DNA from: a virus
Virus record (IMG/VR): IMGVR_UViG_3300017613_000479
Location: 1-5,029 of that record
Length of the DNA: 5,029 nt
Direction: 5' to 3' (one strand)
Position numbers and translations under genes: made by a program. The notes under the pieces were generated by a model. It searched no databases, was not told the DNA's origin, and saw only the letters and a program-made list of their open reading frames with translations. The stretch's first letter is position 1, and every line of letters begins with the position of its first letter. This document shows, in pieces, positions 1-4,195 of the stretch.

Positions 1-121
1 ACTTTTTTTTAAACCGTTGTCCTCTGGTAAGTTTTCGTTGTTGTACGTTAGTGTTATAAAGCTGTTATGCCTATGCATTGAGGCTTCATGTACACATCGG
101 ATAGCCCATTGTCTTGATCTG
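1..121. repeat. Terminal redundancy, copy 1 (identical to 4909..5029). It marks closure of a circular genome.
   Basis: Base-by-base comparison shows 1..121 equals 4909..5029 with no mismatch. An ORF (Rep) reads continuously across the implied junction. Confidence 0.95.
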
Positions 122-255
122 TCGAGTCTGCATCCTATGCACTGTCCGCAAGGGAGTTTTAGTGATGTCCAGTTCCAAGGGTGATCGGGCTTTTTGAATT
201 GTGGCTTTAGGCCTTTTGCTTTTTGCCATGCATCGATAGGGTGATAGCATGACAT
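1..255 (-). CDS. VP4: N-terminal part of the rolling-circle replication initiator (Microviridae VP4 / phiX174 protein A-like). The ATG is at 253..255. Bases 1..121 duplicate 4909..5029.
   Basis: Hand translation of the - strand from 255 gives MSCYHPIDAWQKAKGLKPQFKKPDHPWNWTSLKLPCGQCIGCRLDRSRQWAIRCVHEAS. This joins in frame to MHRHNSFITLTY, the start of the track ORF 4192..4986 (76..78 is the same ATG as 4984..4986). An in-frame stop lies upstream at 298..300. The MxCxxP start and the CGxCxGCR motif are typical of microvirus Rep N-termini. Confidence 0.9.
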   Translation of the reverse strand, partial: MSCYHPIDAWQKAKGLKPQFKKPDHPWNWTSLKLPCGQCIGCRLDRSRQWAIRCVHEASMHRHNSFITLTYNNENLPEDNGLKKS

Positions 256-256
256 T

Positions 257-382
257 TCACAATCGCGTGCCTCCGCGTAGTGGGTTTCGGTTTGGTGTTA
301 CGTTGAATTTGTGTGTTAATCCTGCTGTCCGTGAGAACATGCGTTTGGATTTTCCTGCTGGTGTTTTGCCTCTGTATTTCAT
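257..382 (-). CDS. ORF8: Small, highly basic DNA-binding/packaging protein (gokushovirus ORF8 type, functional analogue of phiX174 protein J), 41 aa. Not in the supplied ORF track.
   Basis: Hand translation gives MKYRGKTPAGKSKRMFSRTAGLTHKFNVTPNRNPLRGGTRL. It has 11 Lys/Arg and no acidic residues. The FxRTA core and the P-x-RGG-x-RL C-terminus match my recollection of gokushovirus ORF8 peptides. A GAGGA motif lies about 9 nt upstream of the ATG (coding sense AAGAGGAATTAAAAAAATG). The TGA stop at 257..259 is one base from the Rep ATG (TGAAATG). Confidence 0.75.
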   Translation of the reverse strand: MKYRGKTPAGKSKRMFSRTAGLTHKFNVTPNRNPLRGGTRL

Positions 383-450
383 TTTTTTAATTCCTCTTAC
401 ATTGTGTAGGATGACTGCGCATAATGTATATTCTGTAAAATCAATAACTT

Positions 451-597
451 TTATGACTTATCATGTACTAATAAGCTGTCTTTCTTAGCTTCTAGTTTTT
501 TTACCTTCTTGTCAATACTTTTCTCTAGTTTTGTTACTTGGTATTTTAGAAGTTTAATGAATAATCCTATAATTATTTGTCTTATTAATTCTTGCAT
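451..597 (-). CDS. Hypothetical 48-aa protein with a short hydrophobic N-terminus and a Lys-rich helical tail. Not in the supplied ORF track.
   Basis: Hand translation gives MQELIRQIIIGLFIKLLKYQVTKLEKSIDKKVKKLEAKKDSLLVHDKS, with the stop at 451..453. An AGGA motif lies about 8 nt upstream (coding sense AAAAGGAAAAAAAATG). It is on the same strand as all other genes and fills an otherwise empty gap between VP3 and ORF8. I recognise no family, and the short, A-rich sequence means a chance ORF is possible. Confidence 0.45.
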   Translation of the reverse strand: MQELIRQIIIGLFIKLLKYQVTKLEKSIDKKVKKLEAKKDSLLVHDKS

Positions 598-616
598 TTT
601 TTTTCCTTTTTTTACC

Positions 617-634
617 CCCCTACCCTAGCAGGGG
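617..634 (-). promoter_or_regulatory. Intergenic hairpin: 5-bp G/C-rich stem CCCCT/AGGGG with an 8-nt loop.
   Basis: Bases 617..621 (cccct) are the reverse complement of 630..634 (agggg). The hairpin lies between the VP3 stop and the 48-aa ORF start. Confidence 0.4.
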
Positions 635-665
635 AGTGTTTTTTTACGTCGCATAGCTCCTGTTA

Positions 666-683
666 CTGACACAAAGGTGTCAG
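666..683 (-). promoter_or_regulatory. Intergenic hairpin: perfect 7-bp stem CTGACAC/GTGTCAG with a 4-nt loop.
   Basis: Bases 666..672 are the reverse complement of 677..683. The loop is 673..676. Confidence 0.5.
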
Positions 684-684
684 T

Positions 685-717
685 CCGTACAGTTACATCA
701 AGTGGAGGGCTGTACGG
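685..717 (-). promoter_or_regulatory. Intergenic stem-loop: perfect 8-bp stem CCGTACAG/CTGTACGG with a 17-nt loop. Candidate replication-origin element.
   Basis: Bases 685..692 are the reverse complement of 710..717. In coding sense the loop reads CCCTCCACTTGATGTAA and contains ACTTGAT (697..703). Confidence 0.5.
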
Positions 718-728
718 GCTGAGTTTTA

Positions 729-1214
729 TCAGCTGGTTGGTTGCGCGGTTGCGCTGCCAGTATCAACGGTAGAGGGAACCTCTACAGTTGCTGCTGGCTT
801 GGTATTTACCCCGTTGGGGTTATCTGGATTCAGTAGTGTTGAGTCTGCTGGATTTTCTGGTAATCCTTTGGCAAGTCCTAGTTTGCGCATATCCTCTGTG
901 TTCTTTTCATCCTGAACGAAATTGAGGAATGCGCTTGGGTCGTTGCCGAATCTGTTTCTTACATGTGAGGGTAGTTCTTCGAACATTTGTTGAGCCTCAA
1001 CAAGTTTATTCATCCATAATTTATAATCTGCTCCTGTTACATCGTCGTATTTTTCACCGTGTTTCTGTAGATGCGTAATTACGCCATCTTTATTAAAGCG
1101 GTTAACGATATTGTTTATGTCGCATTCCATTTTATGTGATTGCCTGGTCATTGATTGTCCAGTTGTTTGGAATGTTACTTTTCGTCTTTTAGTGTCTATA
1201 TATTGTCTAGCCAT
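729..1214 (-). CDS. VP3: Internal scaffolding protein (gokushovirus VP3).
   Basis: The 161-aa ORF contains TRQSHKMECDINNIV and ELPSHVRNRFGNDPSAFLNFVQDEKN, which fit the conserved VP3 pattern (ECDIN ... LP..R.RF.NDP..FL.F). A GGAG motif lies 8 nt upstream. The start overlaps the VP2 stop by 8 nt (ATGGCTAG). Confidence 0.88.
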   Translation of the reverse strand: MARQYIDTKRRKVTFQTTGQSMTRQSHKMECDINNIVNRFNKDGVITHLQKHGEKYDDVTGADYKLWMNKLVEAQQMFEELPSHVRNRFGNDPSAFLNFVQDEKNTEDMRKLGLAKGLPENPADSTLLNPDNPNGVNTKPAATVEVPSTVDTGSATAQPTS

Positions 1215-1872
1215 CGATCTTTCTCCAAGTTGATGGATCAGCGCCTACTGATCTATTGTGATTGTCTAATGATTTTTGAAACCAATTTTTAATTGATTGT
1301 ATTGTTTCTGATATTGTTGCTGCTGTGTCTTCTGTAATTTTTTTACCACTTTTAAACATAGCTTGAATATTATCTATTTGATCTTGTATCTCATTTTTCA
1401 TGTGCATAGATTTTTCTGACATTGCTTTGCCAGTTGATTCTATACCTTCGAAGAGTGAGTCTAATCCACCTGTTTCAGATAATTGAGAAGATTGTTCTCT
1501 CAGACTGTTTAAGTCAGCGAAAACATTTGATTTCCATTTTTCGTAATTCTGTTGATATAATTTGAGAGATGTCTCTGCTCCTAACTTTTTTATGTTGCTA
1601 TCTGCTAACGCGAAGTCTCTCGCTGTGGAGATTGCTGGGGTTATTGGGTCTTGCATTACTGGCATTGAGCCTGCTGGTGAGCTAGCCGCGTCACCAAGTG
1701 CTAGTATCCTGTTTAATCCTGCTTTCTCTAAGTCTTTCGTAGCGCGTTGATGTGCTGAATTTGACATACGCTCTTGGAATGCCATTTGGTTATCTGACAT
1801 TTTTGCATTTGATTTATTGGTAGACATCCCCCCCAAGAGGGAGAGTCCGCCGCCTATTAGTGCGCCTAACAT
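1207..1872 (-). CDS. VP2: Minor capsid / DNA pilot protein (gokushovirus VP2, phiX174 H-like).
   Basis: The 221-aa ORF has a Gly-rich hydrophobic N-terminus (MLGALIGGGLSLLGG). It also has the conserved block QMAFQERMSNSAHQRATKDLEKAGLNRILA, typical of VP2. A strong AAGGAG motif lies 8 nt upstream, immediately after the VP1 stop. Confidence 0.88.
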   Translation of the reverse strand: MLGALIGGGLSLLGGMSTNKSNAKMSDNQMAFQERMSNSAHQRATKDLEKAGLNRILALGDAASSPAGSMPVMQDPITPAISTARDFALADSNIKKLGAETSLKLYQQNYEKWKSNVFADLNSLREQSSQLSETGGLDSLFEGIESTGKAMSEKSMHMKNEIQDQIDNIQAMFKSGKKITEDTAATISETIQSIKNWFQKSLDNHNRSVGADPSTWRKIDG

Positions 1873-1884
1873 TTTTTTATCTCC

Positions 1885-3426
1885 TTAGAAATGATCAATA
1901 AGGCCCGGTACGCCATAGACAGGCATAGGGCGAACATGTTTATAACTAAAGTATCCGTCGAATAGAAAGTGTGGCTCGCTTGGTACAGCGATAACACGAT
2001 CGACTGGTGGATTTTCTTCAATGAATGATGCATTTAATGAGGGTAGGGATGCGAAGTCTTGTGATAGATGCCAAGGGTCTAGGCTTGCTGCATCGTTTGA
2101 TCTGAATTTGCCTGTGATTTGTGAGCCTTTATAGCGGTATTCTGCATAGCGTTCCTGGTATCCAAATACGTTTTCGTCGTTGGCTGATGCGTCTGCATAG
2201 ATTTCTTTATTGAGTATTGCTTGTTCACCGATTTGGGCGAGGGATGGCCAGTAGAAGTCATAGCGTGAAGTTCGAGAGAACATTCTGTTAAGGCCTTGTT
2301 GATATGTTAGGTCTGCTCTTACATTGACGAGGCCGATGATGATTGAGTGTTCTGTAAATGATTTTGTGAAGCCGTGACCGTTTATACCTGCTGTGCCGAA
2401 GGCTGAGATTGTGCCTTGTGCTGTTGTGCCTGTTTCTGAGGTTTGGGTTACTGGGTGGATGTTGACTGGTGTTGAGCCACCGCCTAAGTATTCTGGTCGT
2501 TGTACTCTTGCGTCTGGTGATTGTACCCCGAAGTGTGAATGGACTATTTCGATGTAGCGTGTTCCGCCTCTTGCGTCGCGTTCTAGTAATTTTTGGATTT
2601 GGAATGCTTGACGAAGTTGGTTGATTGTTGCTGCTGTTGCAGAGGTTAAGTCTGCATATAGAGGATCTGTATTTGATACTGAACTCATTTTCACAGGGTC
2701 ACTTGATCCGCCGTCTGTATATAATTGCCTTGTATCTGGTGTTGACGATGAATAGACGCCAACTGATTGTCCTTCTATACCGTCCCATGCAATGGGCGCA
2801 GATGTGCCTAATGGTATTGATACAGAATCTCCTTTTTGTGGCCAAGGAAGAGATGATGTGAAGTAGTCGTGACGTTTGCCGCGTTTTAATAGTGTGTAGT
2901 CTGTTGGGTCGTCGGGCCCATCGTCTGTATCTACTACTACTGAGTCTTGAAGATTTTGATCTCTGAACCATTCGTTATAGATTAGATTGTAGGCTCTATG
3001 GAATAGGGCGGTATGATCTAGGTTTGCTATTTGTGTTGGGATTCCGAAGTAGTCTGAGAGTGTTTCGTTTGCGTATCCGCCTGCTGGTGAAGTCATTTGG
3101 GGGATAGTGTAGTCAATTGAATCTCCGGGGTTTGTTTGTTCGCCGTTGAATTTTTTCCAGTTTGTCCATAGTAAGCGATAGGGGACTGCAAAGTAGAAGG
3201 TCTCCATATGCATGTTGTCCATGATTGCTTTTAGTGGTGTTGCTAGTCGTGCGAATCCTGAGAAGTTTGCGTTTATTGTGTCGCCGGGGAGTGCTTCATC
3301 TACTAAGATGGGTATAAGGTATCCGGCGTCGAATGTGGTTTTGATGCCGTGTGATCTGTCGAATGTTGATCGTGGTATGTTTGCTTGTGGTACTTGAGCA
3401 AATCTGTTTGTCATTACTGATTTCAT
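1885..3426 (-). CDS. VP1: Major capsid protein (gokushovirus VP1, phiX174 F-like jelly roll).
   Basis: The 513-aa ORF has the N-terminal signature PRSTFDRSHGIKTTFDAGYLIPILVDEALPGDT. It also has the central block TINQLRQAFQIQKLLERDARGGTRYIEIV, characteristic of Microviridae capsid proteins. A GAGG motif lies 9 nt upstream. Confidence 0.95.
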   Translation of the reverse strand: MKSVMTNRFAQVPQANIPRSTFDRSHGIKTTFDAGYLIPILVDEALPGDTINANFSGFARLATPLKAIMDNMHMETFYFAVPYRLLWTNWKKFNGEQTNPGDSIDYTIPQMTSPAGGYANETLSDYFGIPTQIANLDHTALFHRAYNLIYNEWFRDQNLQDSVVVDTDDGPDDPTDYTLLKRGKRHDYFTSSLPWPQKGDSVSIPLGTSAPIAWDGIEGQSVGVYSSSTPDTRQLYTDGGSSDPVKMSSVSNTDPLYADLTSATAATINQLRQAFQIQKLLERDARGGTRYIEIVHSHFGVQSPDARVQRPEYLGGGSTPVNIHPVTQTSETGTTAQGTISAFGTAGINGHGFTKSFTEHSIIIGLVNVRADLTYQQGLNRMFSRTSRYDFYWPSLAQIGEQAILNKEIYADASANDENVFGYQERYAEYRYKGSQITGKFRSNDAASLDPWHLSQDFASLPSLNASFIEENPPVDRVIAVPSEPHFLFDGYFSYKHVRPMPVYGVPGLIDHF

Positions 3427-3427
3427 T

Positions 3428-3721
3428 TTAATATGCCTCTATATGCCAATGGGTTTCGTGATCGCTGATTTTGCCGATCGGTTGAATTGAGTCGTATATC
3501 TCATTGAATATTTCATCGTATAGATTATCGTCTTTGATGTGTCTGTTTCTAATGTCTACTGCTTTACCAATGTAGTGTTTTGAGCCGGGTGAATGTTCGC
3601 GGTCTTTTAATGATGTGATTACCATGAGCTGATTATTAGTGCGCATGATTGTTTCTACTATTTTTAAGATTTCTAGTAAGTTTTCGTGTGGTGAGTAGTT
3701 TACGCCGATTTTAAGAAGCAT
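3428..3721 (-). CDS. Mini LAS-family (peptidase M15-like) zinc peptidoglycan peptidase, 97 aa. Candidate endolysin or cell-wall hydrolase and an accessory gene for a microvirus.
   Basis: The sequence contains SKHYIGKAVD, which fits S-x-H-x-x-G-x-A-x-D (codons 3554..3583). It also has a C-terminal H-W-H (3443..3451). Together these match the H/D/H zinc site of M15-type peptidases (VanY, phage L-alanoyl-D-glutamate peptidases, Peptidase_M15_3). The upstream VITSLKDRE resembles the ITSGYR segment of that family. A GGAG motif lies 10 nt upstream. The stop is one base from the VP1 ATG (TAAAATG). There is no N-terminal signal peptide or TM segment. Confidence 0.7.
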   Translation of the reverse strand: MLLKIGVNYSPHENLLEILKIVETIMRTNNQLMVITSLKDREHSPGSKHYIGKAVDIRNRHIKDDNLYDEIFNEIYDSIQPIGKISDHETHWHIEAY

Positions 3722-3887
3722 CGTTTAAGCTCTCCATAATTGTTAGTGTTTTTTGAGGTGCGTTGGGTTTATCTGACTTGTTTTCATCCATGAATACTAC
3801 GAATTTTTTTCCGAGTATTGAGAACGTACCTGTCCATTTATCTGAGGTATCTCTTTTTTGCCATAATCCAAATGTGAGTTTTAACAT
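3711..3887 (-). CDS. Hypothetical 58-aa protein whose 3' end overlaps the peptidase start by 11 nt. Not in the supplied ORF track.
   Basis: Hand translation gives MLKLTFGLWQKRDTSDKWTGTFSILGKKFVVFMDENKSDKPNAPQKTLTIMESLNDAS, with the stop at 3711..3713. An AGGA motif lies 6 nt upstream (coding sense CATAGGAAATAAAATG). It is on the same strand and fills the gap between the VP5 hairpins and the peptidase gene. It has no hydrophobic segment, and I cannot assign a family with confidence. Confidence 0.5.
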   Translation of the reverse strand: MLKLTFGLWQKRDTSDKWTGTFSILGKKFVVFMDENKSDKPNAPQKTLTIMESLNDAS

Positions 3888-3906
3888 TTTATTTCCTATG
3901 TAAAGT

Positions 3907-3922
3907 GCCCCCCGAAGGGGGC
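3907..3922 (-). terminator. Very stable hairpin: 6-bp all-G/C stem. In coding sense it reads GCCCCC-UUCG-GGGGGC, a C(UUCG)G tetraloop. Possible weak terminator, attenuator or RNA-stabilising element after VP5.
   Basis: Bases 3907..3912 pair with 3917..3922; the loop is 3913..3916. In coding sense only a weak U-tract (ACUUUAC) follows. Confidence 0.35.
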
Positions 3923-3940
3923 TAACAACGCCCGTTGTTA
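3923..3940 (-). promoter_or_regulatory. Second hairpin, abutting the first. The palindrome TAACAACG/CGTTGTTA includes the VP5 stop codon.
   Basis: Bases 3923..3930 are the reverse complement of 3933..3940. The realistic structure is a 6-bp stem (3924..3929 with 3934..3939) and a 4-nt loop, because the innermost pair must open. The VP5 TAA is at 3938..3940. Confidence 0.4.
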
Positions 3941-4195
3941 ATCTGTTATATTTTGTGCTTCGACTGCTTCCATTACTGGTTTTGGTGGATGTGGAATTTC
4001 CATTTCTCCAGTGTTTTGGTCGTATTCGCCAAGGTAATACAGTGTGTAATCTTCTGGGTGTTTGTTAATTGAGCTTTCTGGATTGTTTGATTCATCTCTG
4101 AATATTCTTTCTGCTAATCCGTGAGTTTGTTGGAACCAAGGCGTGTTATAGGCTTCTGCTTTTTTATCGTAAATTGTAAATATTTTTTGTTTCAT
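3938..4195 (-). CDS. VP5: Small non-structural protein (gokushovirus ORF5/VP5 type, proposed analogue of phiX174 protein C).
   Basis: The 85-aa ORF has the pattern IFTIYDKKAEAYNTPWF ... AERIF ... HPEDYTLYYLGEYDQNTGE. This matches the conserved VP5 layout as I recall it (F.V.D.K...F..PFF ... HPEDF.LY.IG.FD..TG). Its ATG overlaps the Rep stop (ATGA). Confidence 0.8.
   Translation of the reverse strand: MKQKIFTIYDKKAEAYNTPWFQQTHGLAERIFRDESNNPESSINKHPEDYTLYYLGEYDQNTGEMEIPHPPKPVMEAVEAQNITD

Noticed and set aside
1-121. The 121-nt direct repeat interpreted as a biological terminal repeat, LTR or att duplication of an integrated element.
   Set aside because: The two copies are exactly identical and sit at the extreme window ends. 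A conserved gene reads across the join, and there is no integrase or host flank. This is best explained as the overlap of a circular assembly.
383-450. Sigma70-like promoter candidates in the short gaps. One example is TTGATT in coding sense near 436..441; TTGATG lies in the 685..717 loop.
   Set aside because: I found only 4/6 matches to the -35 consensus, with no properly spaced -10 partner. That is not enough to call a promoter for an unknown host.
249-488. 79-aa + strand ORF from the track, spanning the apparent non-coding region.
   Set aside because: It is antisense to the Rep start, to the ORF8-like gene (257..382) and to part of the 48-aa ORF. Microviridae encode all genes on one strand. 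I see no ribosome-binding motif and no recognisable motif in the product. It looks like a shadow ORF.
617-645. Hairpin 617..634 followed by a T7 run (639..645) on the window + strand, which looks like a rho-independent terminator.
   Set aside because: It has terminator geometry only on the non-coding strand, where no credible transcription unit exists. In coding sense the hairpin is followed by an A-rich leader, not a U-tract. I kept the hairpin as a structural element only.
1562-1750. 62-aa + strand ORF inside VP2. The + strand ORFs 2625..2861 and 3212..3397 inside VP1 are similar cases.
   Set aside because: All are antisense to well-supported structural genes on the single coding strand. 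Their products are low-complexity and have no motifs. They are typical antisense shadow ORFs.
2699-2971. 90-aa Arg-rich - strand ORF overprinted in an alternative frame of VP1. The 60-aa ORF at 2079..2261 is a similar case.
   Set aside because: Overprinted genes do exist in microviruses (phiX174 B, K, E), so I checked these. Neither has a purine-rich ribosome-binding motif upstream. For 2699..2971 the upstream coding-sense sequence is ACAATCTAATCTATAACGA before the ATG. Neither has a hydrophobic segment like lysis protein E. The Arg/Ser-rich composition is what an off-frame reading of this gene would give. Conservation analysis across relatives could revive them.
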